Assembly: GCA_021780225.1 (NCBI GenBank)
Contig: JAJXZF010000061.1
Span: 18,324-82,323, forward strand
Source of the DNA: Deltaproteobacteria bacterium
GTDB taxonomy: Bacteria > Desulfobacterota > Binatia > Binatales > Binataceae
DNA: 64,000 nucleotides
Direction: 5' to 3'
Position 1 is the first letter of the stretch; each line of letters starts with the position of its first letter. This document shows positions 44,119 to 52,622 of the stretch, piece by piece. The notes beneath the pieces are model-generated. The model had not been told where the DNA came from and searched no databases. It saw nothing but the letters and a program-made list of their open reading frames with translations. The translations under genes and the position numbers were made by a program.

Positions 44119-45876
44119 CTATTTCGTGAAATTGAAATTTTCCGCCATCCGCTCCCGCACGTTTTCCATGTGGGTGCAGTAGCGGTTGAAGCCGCCGTTA
44201 TAGTTTCCGTCCTGACGCCGCTGAAATTCGCCTTCAAAATTGTAATAGCCGGGCGTGCACTCCTGATTCCGGCCGGTCTTGCCGCGATTCTCGACCACCT
44301 CATCGACCCACCACTGCTCGGCCTCCGGCGTCGCGTCGATGGCGCGGTAACCGTTGCGGCGCGCATAGTCGATGCAAGCCGCGATGTGATCGCCCTGCGC
44401 CTGCAGCATGTCGGTCAAATTGAATTGGAACGACGCCTGATAGCCACCCATGATGAACAGATTCGGATAGCCATTCGAATGGATTCCAACCAGGGTGCGG
44501 ATGCCTTCGCTGTACTTGTCGTTCAGCTCGCGTCCGCCCTGCCCGACGATCCGGTTGTAGATGCCGGTCTTCTGCACTTCGAATCCGGTCGCATAGATCA
44601 GCAGGTCGAGTTTATATTCCTTGCCCTCGAATACCGGCCCGTTTTCGGTAATCTCCGCGATGCCCTTGCCGTGCGTATCGATTAAATGAACGCTCGGACG
44701 GTTGAAGGTCGGCAAATAGTCATTGTCGAAGCACGGCCGCTTGCACATGAACATATACCAGGGCTTGAGCGATTCGGCCGTCGCCGGGTCTTTGACGATC
44801 TCCTCGATGCGCTTGTGGATGCGCATCACATAGTCGATATTCGCATTCTCCTGCCGGCGGATTTTTTCTTCGCGCGTGACTCCGCGCGGTTCGCTCCCCT
44901 CTTCCATGCGCCGCGCTTCGGCCCGCGCGCGCAGGCGCCGCTTCGCCTGCCATCCGGCTTCCAGCTTCTTCGCCCATTCCGAATCGGTCGGCCAGTCGTC
45001 CTTCAGATCGATCGACGAGGGCGTGCGCTGGAAGACGTACAGTTCCTTGGCCGCCGCGCCCAGCCGCGGAATCGCCTGAACCGCCGTCGCGCCCGTGCCG
45101 ATAATGCCGACGACTTTATCCGCCAGTCCCGACAGGTCGGGTTGCGTGTAGTCGTAGTCCCATCGCGAGGTGTGAAAGGAATGGCCCTTGAAGGTCTCCA
45201 TCCCTTTGATCTTCGAGAGCTTCGGCTTGGAGAGAGTGCCGTTGGCGCAGATGACGAAACGCGCCTTGATCTCGTCGCCGCGATCGGTCCCGACCCGCCA
45301 CATCCGTTCATCCTCGTCCCAAACGGTCGAGGTGACGGTGGTCTGGAACACCGCGAGCTCGTACAAATTATACTTTCGCGCGATTAGCTGGCAGTAGGCG
45401 AAAATTTCCGGCGCCTTCGCATAATGCCGGGTCGGCACGTAGCCGGTTTCATCAAGCAGCGGCAGGTAATCGTAGGCGACCACGTCGCACGCCGCGCCGG
45501 GATAGCGATTCCAGTACCACGTTCCGCCGACGTCCGCGCCGCGCTCGACAATCCGGATACTCTCGACGCCGCATTCGCGCAGCCGCGCCGAGGTCAGCAG
45601 CGCCGAAAAGCCGCCGCCGATAAAGAGGCATTCCACGGTATCTTTGATCGGCGCGCGCGTCGTCGATTGGCCGGCATAAGGATCAATTTCATATCTTGCG
45701 AAATCGCCGGAAAGGTCCGAGGTGTATTGGCTCAATCCATGTGGCCGGAAACCGAGTCTCAGGTCGCGCTCTTCGGCGAATTTCCGCTTGATATCCTCGT
45801 AGTATTCCTGCGGATGGCGCGGCGCCGAGCGCGCGTTCATGGTTTGAATGAGCGGTTTCTCCGGAGCGTTATCCAT
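44119..45876 (-). CDS. Type I Baeyer-Villiger monooxygenase (flavin-containing, NADPH-dependent)
   Basis: FAD Rossmann [12 protein letters not shown] fingerprint [12 protein letters not shown] (FxGxxxHxxxW[P/D]), and a second Rossmann [11 protein letters not shown]. Confidence 0.9.
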   Translation of the reverse strand: MDNAPEKPLIQTMNARSAPRHPQEYYEDIKRKFAEERDLRLGFRPHGLSQYTSDLSGDFARYEIDPYAGQSTTRAPIKDTVECLFIGGGFSALLTSARLRECGVESIRIVERGADVGGTWYWNRYPGAACDVVAYDYLPLLDETGYVPTRHYAKAPEIFAYCQLIARKYNLYELAVFQTTVTSTVWDEDERMWRVGTDRGDEIKARFVICANGTLSKPKLSKIKGMETFKGHSFHTSRWDYDYTQPDLSGLADKVVGIIGTGATAVQAIPRLGAAAKELYVFQRTPSSIDLKDDWPTDSEWAKKLEAGWQAKRRLRARAEARRMEEGSEPRGVTREEKIRRQENANIDYVMRIHKRIEEIVKDPATAESLKPWYMFMCKRPCFDNDYLPTFNRPSVHLIDTHGKGIAEITENGPVFEGKEYKLDLLIYATGFEVQKTGIYNRIVGQGGRELNDKYSEGIRTLVGIHSNGYPNLFIMGGYQASFQFNLTDMLQAQGDHIAACIDYARRNGYRAIDATPEAEQWWVDEVVENRGKTGRNQECTPGYYNFEGEFQRRQDGNYNGGFNRYCTHMENVRERMAENFNFTK

Positions 45877-46102
45877 TTTTCACCTGGTTAAATTTCGGCT
45901 CGTCCGAGTCCGAATTTTCAGACAACCCGGAAAGAATCGCATTGCCGCCGGAAGTTTGCAAATAAAAGCGGAGAAACATCTTGACACGCGGACGCTTTCG
46001 CCCCGCCGGCGCCTCGAAGATGCGGTCCATATCAGACGCCGGCGTATTGAATACGAACTCTTCGGAGCGCGCCAAAAAAATTCAGTCTCGGATCGCGCGC
46101 GC

Positions 46103-46132
46103 TTGACGAAATGAACGTTCATTCATTAAATT
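46103..46132 (+). promoter_or_regulatory. Candidate promoter (TTGACG ... TTAAAT/TAAATT) with an embedded perfect 14-bp palindrome AATGAACGTTCATT (46110-46123), a likely TetR operator
   Basis: The palindrome was verified by hand. It fills the -35/-10 spacer about 115 nt upstream of tetR, in the divergent region shared with the BVMO gene. Confidence 0.45.
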
Positions 46133-46237
46133 AGAAATCGTTGCCGAAGAGAAAGCAAAGCATGGCCCGATGCGTGATCATCCAGGTAAAACGCCGCCGA
46201 TGACAGCCTTATCCTCGAACACCGGCGGGAAGCGATT

Positions 46238-46918
46238 ATGAACACGGCGCTGCGCACTCCGACGATCGACGACGCGCTCGCGCGGGCGCGAAAACGGCAG
46301 ATTTTCGTCGCCGTGACCCGGATTCTCGCACGCAAATCGTTCCACGAAGCGACGGTGCGAGAAATTGCGCTCGAAGCCGGGCTCGCCGCGGGTTCGATTT
46401 ACGTCTATCTCTCCGGCAAGGACGAAATCCTGCTGCTGATCGCGGAATCGATGGTCGGCGAACTGACCGACGCGCTGCCCGCGATTCGCGCGGAAAACGC
46501 CGCCGGCCCCCGTGGCGAGATTCTGGCGGTGATGCACGCCGCGCTCGGCGTTATCGATCGCTACCGCGAGGCCTTTGCGGTGCTCAATCACGAATTGCGC
46601 TATCTGGAGCAACGGCCGGAATATCGCGGCCGCCTGCGCGAGGTCCTGCGCCCGTACCGTGCGGCGCTGGCCGAACCGCTGGAACGGGGCAAGGCCGAAG
46701 GCCTGATTCAATTCGACGACCTGTACAGCGTGGTCGAGGCTCTGCACATGCTCTGCTCGGGCCTCGCGATGGGCGCAAGCATGCTGGCCAAGACCGACAA
46801 AGAGACGTATTGGCGCGAAATCGCGGCGATCGTCCGCGGCCGGTTTTTCGTCTCCGCGGCCGGTCCGGCGCCGAATCGCATCGCCGCCACAGGTTCGCCG
46901 GCAAAGGGAGAATCGTAA
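46238..46918 (+). CDS. TetR/AcrR family transcriptional regulator
   Basis: HTH region FHEATVREIALEAGLAAGSIYVYLSGKDEIL. Confidence 0.88.
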   Translation: MNTALRTPTIDDALARARKRQIFVAVTRILARKSFHEATVREIALEAGLAAGSIYVYLSGKDEILLLIAESMVGELTDALPAIRAENAAGPRGEILAVMHAALGVIDRYREAFAVLNHELRYLEQRPEYRGRLREVLRPYRAALAEPLERGKAEGLIQFDDLYSVVEALHMLCSGLAMGASMLAKTDKETYWREIAAIVRGRFFVSAAGPAPNRIAATGSPAKGES

Positions 46919-46924
46919 ACCGCC

Positions 46925-47542
46925 ATGGCATTACATGACCGGCGCACGCTCGAAGGCGTTTACAGCGTCAGGCAAAGCGCCCGTTACATCATGAACTATC
47001 GTTACGCCGAAGAGCGGATGATGCGCATGATGGCCGGATGGATCGCCCTGACGCCGCAATTGCCCGTAAAAATCGAGATGGCGCGGCAGGTCTACGAATG
47101 CGCCCTCCATGCCGACGCGCTCGGCAAGCGTCTGGCCGAATTGCGCAGCCAGGCTCAGGTCTCGCGCCCGCCCAACGAAGCCTTCGTCGGCTTCATGAAT
47201 GAAATCGAAGACCAGGAGCAGTGGGAGCAGACGATCGAGCGCCTGGCCGGCATTTTCCGCGTCCTGAAGCCGCATCTGATCGCTCATTACAGCAGCCACG
47301 TGACCGCGGCCAATCCGATCTATGAGCCGCCCACGTTGCGCATCCTCGCCCATCTCGTCGATGACGAAAAGCGCCATGTCGAGCGCGGCCTGGTGCTGCT
47401 CGATGATCTGCTCGATTCTCCCGAAGCGCATCGGCGCGCCATCCAATGGCAGGGCCGGCTCGAAGAACTGCTGGCGGCGGCCGGAGGCGTTACCGGCTTT
47501 GAAGCGGAGGAGCCTGAAGCACGAAAGGCCGGGCGGAGCTGA
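46925..47542 (+). CDS. Ferritin-like four-helix-bundle protein with two ExxH motifs (putative di-iron carboxylate protein)
   Basis: AEERMMRM..., YECALHADALG (ExxH), EIEDQEQWEQTIE, and DDEKRHVERG (ExxH). It starts 6 nt after the tetR stop. Confidence 0.6.
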   Translation: MALHDRRTLEGVYSVRQSARYIMNYRYAEERMMRMMAGWIALTPQLPVKIEMARQVYECALHADALGKRLAELRSQAQVSRPPNEAFVGFMNEIEDQEQWEQTIERLAGIFRVLKPHLIAHYSSHVTAANPIYEPPTLRILAHLVDDEKRHVERGLVLLDDLLDSPEAHRRAIQWQGRLEELLAAAGGVTGFEAEEPEARKAGRS

Positions 47543-47543
47543 A

Positions 47544-47924
47544 ATGGCTATCAAGATTCGCCGCGTCGTTGTCCCGGAGGAGCTTGCCGCAGCGGTCGCC
47601 GCGCAGGCCGCGGCGACCGTCGCGAATGACGCGGCGGCGGGCCGCTATCTCGACGCGCGAGCGGCTGAGGCGATCGCGATCGCGCTCGGACGGGCCGAAA
47701 CGCTGCGGCCGTTCACGCGCTATGAGAGAATCGCATGCGCGCGGTTGGGACATCATTACCTGGTGAAGGTTAAATTCGTCGGGCGATCGGGCGAGCTTAC
47801 CCTGCAAAATCGCTGGAGCCACGGCGCCGACGGCCACTGGCGGATCATCGAATGCGACGATCTCGGCCTCAAATCGCCTTGGAAAAAACCCGCAAAGCCA
47901 ATGCTGGTAAACGCCAATGCCTGA
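47544..47924 (+). CDS. Small protein of unknown function (paralog of the next gene, possibly NTF2-like fold)
   Basis: ATG at 47544 lies 1 nt after the upstream stop, with GGCGGAG upstream. C-terminal pattern HHYLVKVKFVG...W....DGHWRIIECDDLG. Confidence 0.5.
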   Translation: MAIKIRRVVVPEELAAAVAAQAAATVANDAAAGRYLDARAAEAIAIALGRAETLRPFTRYERIACARLGHHYLVKVKFVGRSGELTLQNRWSHGADGHWRIIECDDLGLKSPWKKPAKPMLVNANA

Positions 47925-48303
47925 TCTCGGCGAACGGGCGAATGTGATGGGGCCGCAGCCGCGCGCGGCCCGCACCAGCGTGCCGCCGGACCTGCTCGAA
48001 GCGGCCGGTCAGGTGCTCGATCTGCTCGCGGCCGGCGACCTCAACACCCTGACGAAACTAGCGACGCCGGCCGCCGCCGGCGAACTGGATCAACTGGCAA
48101 GATCGATTAAGCCCGGCCTTTACTCACGCCATCAGCTAATCGCGACGGCGCGCGTGAATTATCATTACTACGTCAAAGCCCGGCTCTTCGGAGAGCGCGC
48201 CGAGCCCTTCACCGTGCAATATCGCCTTGGCCAAATCGACGGCCGCTGGATGGTCTGGGAGGCGATGGATTTGAGCGGCGGCAAAACCGCATGGACGCGT
48301 TAA
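47917..48303 (+). CDS. Small protein of unknown function (paralog of the previous gene)
   Basis: 8 nt overlap with the previous gene. C-terminal pattern NYHYYVKARLFG...GQIDGRWMVWEAMDLSG parallels its neighbour. Confidence 0.5.
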   Translation: MPDLGERANVMGPQPRAARTSVPPDLLEAAGQVLDLLAAGDLNTLTKLATPAAAGELDQLARSIKPGLYSRHQLIATARVNYHYYVKARLFGERAEPFTVQYRLGQIDGRWMVWEAMDLSGGKTAWTR

Positions 48304-48325
48304 ATCGAACGGAGGTTGCGAGCAA

Positions 48326-49126
48326 ATGGAACGGATGATCGCGGTCGATCGGCTGGCGCGCCCCGACAATCATATTCTCGTCCCCCTCGACCGAACGTTT
48401 CAGGCGCGCGTCGACCAGGGATTTTCGGCAACCGCCGCGATGCCGCATGAGGAAGACTTTCTCAAGGGCCGCCTGCACGGCATCACCGTCGGCGAGATGC
48501 AGGCGATGGAAGCCGCGGGCCGCACGCTCTTCGATTTCCCCGACGCGCCGTGGGAATTCCAGCTCGACATGGCCCGCCAGGTATGGGACGAATCGCGCCA
48601 CACCGAAATCTTCTCCAAACTCCTGGAATATCTTGGCTCGTATATCGGCGAATTTCCCGAAAGCGAAGTGTTGTGGTCGTGCACTCAGGTGGACGATCCC
48701 GCCTGCCGGGTCGCCGGGATCAACCGCGGCCTCGAAGGTCTCGCCTGCGACGTCTTCGAGCAGATTATCCGACTCGCGCAGCGGATGGGCGACGAGGTGA
48801 TCGAGCGCGCCGTCGATTACGTGCTCGCCGACGAAATCACGCACGTGCGGATGGGGTCGAAGTGGGTGCGCAAGCTGACCGAGGGCGACCCCGAACGCCT
48901 GAACCGCGCGCTCGCGTTTCAGGAAAATATCGACAATCTGTTCAATTTTCAGGGCGGCAGAACGACGCAGGCCGACGCGCCGCAAGCGCCGCTCGACGTT
49001 GGCGGACGCGAAATCGACTTCGACGCGACGCTGACGATCGCGCGCGAGGCGCGCCTGCTCGCCGGTTTCACCGACGAGGAAATCGAGCGGCTGCTGCGCA
49101 GCGCTTCCCGCAGCGCGGCCTATTGA
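48326..49126 (+). CDS. DUF455-like ferritin-like di-iron protein, copy 1
   Basis: GEMQAMEAAG, WDESRHTEIF (ExxH), LEGLACDVFE and LADEITHVRMG (ExxH). The DUF455 assignment is from remembered motif spacing only. Confidence 0.72.
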   Translation: MERMIAVDRLARPDNHILVPLDRTFQARVDQGFSATAAMPHEEDFLKGRLHGITVGEMQAMEAAGRTLFDFPDAPWEFQLDMARQVWDESRHTEIFSKLLEYLGSYIGEFPESEVLWSCTQVDDPACRVAGINRGLEGLACDVFEQIIRLAQRMGDEVIERAVDYVLADEITHVRMGSKWVRKLTEGDPERLNRALAFQENIDNLFNFQGGRTTQADAPQAPLDVGGREIDFDATLTIAREARLLAGFTDEEIERLLRSASRSAAY

Positions 49127-49151
49127 TTGGCTCCAGGGGAGAAGATCCGCG

Positions 49152-49919
49152 ATGCAACGAATGATTCCGGTCGAACGTCTGGCGCGTGAAGATCGCTTCG
49201 TCCTTTTGCGCGCGCGCAAAGCCCGCGAAATCCGCGAGGAGCAGAACCTCGACGACCGCGTGCTGCCCTTCGACGAAGAGGCGCTCAGGGCGCGGATGCA
49301 TGGAATTTTCTGCGGCGAAGTCCAGGCGATGGAAGCCGCGGGCCGCACGCTCTTCGATTTTCCCGACGCGCCGTGGGAATTCCAGCTCGACATGGCCCGG
49401 CAGGTATGGGACGAATCGCGCCATACCGAAATCTTCGAGGGCCTGCTCGCTTACATGGGCGCCGAGCCGGGCGATTACGTGGAAACTGAAGTGCTGTGGC
49501 GATGCACTCAGGCGGAAGACCCCGCCGCGCGCATCGCCGGAATCAACCGCGGCCTCGAAGGCCTCGCCTGCGACGTCTTCGAACAGCTGATCCGGATCGC
49601 GCAGAAAAACGGCGACGAAGTGATCGAGCGCGCCGTCGATTACGTGCTGGCCGACGAAATCACGCACGTGCGGATGGGCTCGAAGTGGCTGCGCAAGCTG
49701 ACCGAAGGCGACCCGGAACGTTATCGGCGCGCGCTCGAATTCCAGGAAAATATCGACGAGGTGTTCAGTTTCCGCGGCACCCGCCGCGCGATCGAGGACG
49801 TGCGCGACGGCAACGAGAATATCATCACGATCGCGCGCGAGGCGCGGTTGCTGGCCGGCTTTTCCGAGGAAGAGATCGAGCGGCTGGTAGCAGCCGCGCG
49901 CAAAAGCGCCGCCTATTGA
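49152..49919 (+). CDS. DUF455-like ferritin-like di-iron protein, copy 2 (tandem paralog)
   Basis: It has the same four motif helices as copy 1. Long nucleotide tracts are near-identical to copy 1. Confidence 0.72.
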   Translation: MQRMIPVERLAREDRFVLLRARKAREIREEQNLDDRVLPFDEEALRARMHGIFCGEVQAMEAAGRTLFDFPDAPWEFQLDMARQVWDESRHTEIFEGLLAYMGAEPGDYVETEVLWRCTQAEDPAARIAGINRGLEGLACDVFEQLIRIAQKNGDEVIERAVDYVLADEITHVRMGSKWLRKLTEGDPERYRRALEFQENIDEVFSFRGTRRAIEDVRDGNENIITIAREARLLAGFSEEEIERLVAAARKSAAY

Positions 49920-50062
49920 CGCGGCTGCGCCGTCAGTCGCGAGCCCAACCCGAAATCGGAGCCGTCAGGCGCGGGCCTGACCCGAGAATCAGGCGGCGTG
50001 GATGGCCGGGGCAAACCTGGCCGCGGCGAAAAGCGTCGCCGGCGGCGTCGCGACGCTTCGCC

Positions 50063-50602
50063 CTATCCGCCGCAATTTTTCTTTACGATTTCCAGCCAAT
50101 GCCGTTCCAGCGAGCCGTTCGAACCGACCGGAACGCCGCGCATCGGTCCGACGCCCGGCCCCATCAGCGGCGGCAAGGTCGAAGATTCGGGCGCCGGTTC
50201 GCCAAAAATTTGCGGACTTATCGACAAACCTGAATGGCCGCCGCTCTCTGGAACGATAATGAACACGACCCGATAATGGCCGCCGATCCACTCGCCGGTT
50301 GAGATTCTTTCGGGTCGGGCAATTTTCTTCAATTCGCCGGCTGAAACCCATTTGAACGGCGTTGTCAGCACCCGCCGATCCAGCTCGCGCATCGTTGTGC
50401 TTAATTCGCTATGCGCACGCAGCATTCGCTCCATGCAAGCGCAGAGATGAACCGGAGAGACCCGCAGTTCCACATCGGGCGCTCGGCCTGAAACGCTGGT
50501 TTGTGCGTCAATTTCAGTTTTCAGGGCCTTAAAGCCATATACTGGATGCGTATTAGCGCAGAATATTAGCATCAGCGCTGAAGAGAAAATAATTATCTTC
50601 AT
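50063..50602 (-). CDS. Secreted hypothetical protein
   Basis: Signal peptide MKIIIFSSALMLIFCANTHPVYG and a GAAGGA RBS. The 5' part is AT-richer. No family recognised. Confidence 0.5.
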   Translation of the reverse strand: MKIIIFSSALMLIFCANTHPVYGFKALKTEIDAQTSVSGRAPDVELRVSPVHLCACMERMLRAHSELSTTMRELDRRVLTTPFKWVSAGELKKIARPERISTGEWIGGHYRVVFIIVPESGGHSGLSISPQIFGEPAPESSTLPPLMGPGVGPMRGVPVGSNGSLERHWLEIVKKNCGG

Positions 50603-50615
50603 ATCCTTCTGGTTA

Positions 50616-50655
50616 ACTTCATAGCTTTTTGATTGACTTCATAACTTCCTGATTG
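50616..50655. repeat. Two tandem 20-bp direct repeats (17/20 identical) in a divergent promoter region
   Basis: ACTTCATAGCTTTTTGATTG followed by ACTTCATAACTTCCTGATTG. Confidence 0.6.
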
Positions 50656-50720
50656 TAGCAGTTTAGTGGAGAATTCGTCCGTTAAAACTTGTGGAGAGGA
50701 ATCGTTAAAGAGGAAGGCCA

Positions 50721-52352
50721 ATGAAGTCACAAATTACGTCCAGGCCAAATTTAACCAAGATTTTCATCTTTGTGCTGCTCTTCGCAAGCTTTGGCGTGGT
50801 TTCGGCCATCGCCGGCGATGCGCCGGAGATTAGCACGCTCTCACCGTCGCAAATGGCCGCGCTCGCTTCCGGCCCGGCGCCGAGCCTTGCCTATATCGCG
50901 CCCGCGCCGCCACTGTCGGACATGGCGCGCAACCTCCTGTCTGGAGCCGGCCGTACTGCTCTGTATGGAAAGTGGCGCGACAATACAGACACTTTAAGCC
51001 AGTTGATGACGTCGCAAAGCGAAGGGGCGTCGAAAACCAACGCGATCGTCGGACAGGTGGCCAAGCTGATCAAGACGCTGCCGACCGTCAATAACCGCGC
51101 GTTCGATACGACATTTGCTTTTACCGAGAGCGAAACTTCGGTGGCCCAGCCGTTAAAGAACGATATTGTGGTTGGCTATAACAGCTCGGCGGATTTCGCT
51201 CATGGCAGCGGCTTCTCGGGATTCGCGTATTCGGTAAACAATGGAAAATCCTTTACCGAGGTCGCAGGAGGATTGCCCGATTTTGGCCCGGTTACGCCGC
51301 TTGGCGATCCGTCGCTTGTATCCGACGGCCAAGGCAACGTTTTCTACTCCACGTTGGCTCAAAATTTGAGTACCGGCGCCAGCTATGTGGCCGTGTACAA
51401 ATCGACCGACGGCGGTCAGAGTTTCACGGCCTATTCTGCGGCCGGCGGCGGCAATTCCTATTTCCTGGACAAACCGCTCATGGCGATCGATACGAACCCC
51501 GCCAGCCCGAATTATGGCAACCTTTACTTCACATTCACATATTTTTCATCGGGAATAACTTCGCCGATTTATGTTTGCCATATCACGGTCAATAATCCCA
51601 ACGGCTCATGCATTCCAATTGTCAATGAAGCGGCCAGCGGCGCGATGCCGGCGATCGACGCGAACGGCAACCTGTATGTCGCGTGGGAACAGTTCACGAC
51701 TGGCGGCGGCGCCAATTCGATCGACGCGCTCTATTTCTCAAAGTCGACCGATGGCGGCGCGACCTTTTCCACGCCCGCGCCGATCACCAACGTGAGTCCG
51801 ATCTTCGATTCCGGTGTTTCCCAGTTTACTTGCGGCAGACAAGCGATTAAGGGGGCCATCAGAGTCCAGGATTTCCCCTCGATCGCGATCGACACCGGCG
51901 CCAAGAGCAAAAATAAAGGATCGATCTACGTGGCCTGGAACGACCAGCGCAACGGCGATCCGGATATCTTCATCACCAAATCGACCAACGGCGGATCGAG
52001 CTGGTCAACCCCGGCGATTGTGAACAAAAACGGCGTTGGAACGGACCAGTTCTTTCCGTGGGTATCAGTGCTTCCGAGCGGCAAGGTCGGCGTGACTTAC
52101 TACGATCGCAGCCGCGATCAAAACAACTGGTACGTCGATTTCGATCTCGCCACCAGCCTCAACGGAGGAACGACGTGGGCGCAGAGCTTCCTTACCACGC
52201 GGCCGTTCCCAGTGGTCGTCAACACCGATCCGATAATCGCCACGTGTTACATGTCCGATTACAATCAGATCACCAACAACGGCGTGAATCTGCTGATGGC
52301 GTGGGGCGACAACAGCAACGGCGACCCCGACGTGCGCTTCATCAAGAAATAG
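50721..52352 (+). CDS. Secreted BNR/Asp-box repeat protein (sialidase-like beta-propeller)
   Basis: Signal peptide, then Asp-boxes STDGGQSF, STDGGATF, STNGGSSW and SLNGGTTW. GAGGAAGG RBS. Confidence 0.8.
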   Translation: MKSQITSRPNLTKIFIFVLLFASFGVVSAIAGDAPEISTLSPSQMAALASGPAPSLAYIAPAPPLSDMARNLLSGAGRTALYGKWRDNTDTLSQLMTSQSEGASKTNAIVGQVAKLIKTLPTVNNRAFDTTFAFTESETSVAQPLKNDIVVGYNSSADFAHGSGFSGFAYSVNNGKSFTEVAGGLPDFGPVTPLGDPSLVSDGQGNVFYSTLAQNLSTGASYVAVYKSTDGGQSFTAYSAAGGGNSYFLDKPLMAIDTNPASPNYGNLYFTFTYFSSGITSPIYVCHITVNNPNGSCIPIVNEAASGAMPAIDANGNLYVAWEQFTTGGGANSIDALYFSKSTDGGATFSTPAPITNVSPIFDSGVSQFTCGRQAIKGAIRVQDFPSIAIDTGAKSKNKGSIYVAWNDQRNGDPDIFITKSTNGGSSWSTPAIVNKNGVGTDQFFPWVSVLPSGKVGVTYYDRSRDQNNWYVDFDLATSLNGGTTWAQSFLTTRPFPVVVNTDPIIATCYMSDYNQITNNGVNLLMAWGDNSNGDPDVRFIKK

Positions 52353-52396
52353 ACCGAGACCTCCGCGCGAGCGGATCGCGCGTACCTCTCCGGCGG

Positions 52397-52436
52397 CGGC
52401 CGTTGCGCTTCGGCGCGGCGGCCGTCGTTTTGATTT
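52397..52436 (+). terminator. Intrinsic terminator candidate after the BNR gene
   Basis: 12 bp stem CGGCCGTTGCGC-ttcg-GCGCGGCGGCCG (two G-U pairs), followed by TCGTTTTGATTT. Confidence 0.6.
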
Positions 52437-52622
52437 CGCGCTTGCCGATTCGCCGGCGCGTGGTCGCGAACGCGGCCAAATTTGAAGAGTTCCTAATAAT
52501 CGAGAACCCGGATCTGGCCTTTTGCTAATTCCGGTGATAACTTCGATTGGTAACCTAATCGTAAAATGGCGCGTTGATTGGCGCAGCCGCGAACGCGTTA
52601 GCGATTGTTCGGGAGAGATCGA

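Noticed and set aside
45869-46075. 68-aa minus-strand ORF in the BVMO/tetR divergent region
   Set aside because: It has no SD, overlaps the BVMO start, and has an odd composition. It is more likely non-coding promoter or leader DNA.
48209-49667. Long minus-strand ORFs (394 and 199 aa) opposite the DUF455-like genes, which themselves look duplicated
   Set aside because: Their similarity merely mirrors the duplication of the plus-strand genes. The plus frames carry the ExxH motifs, SD sequences and tight coupling.
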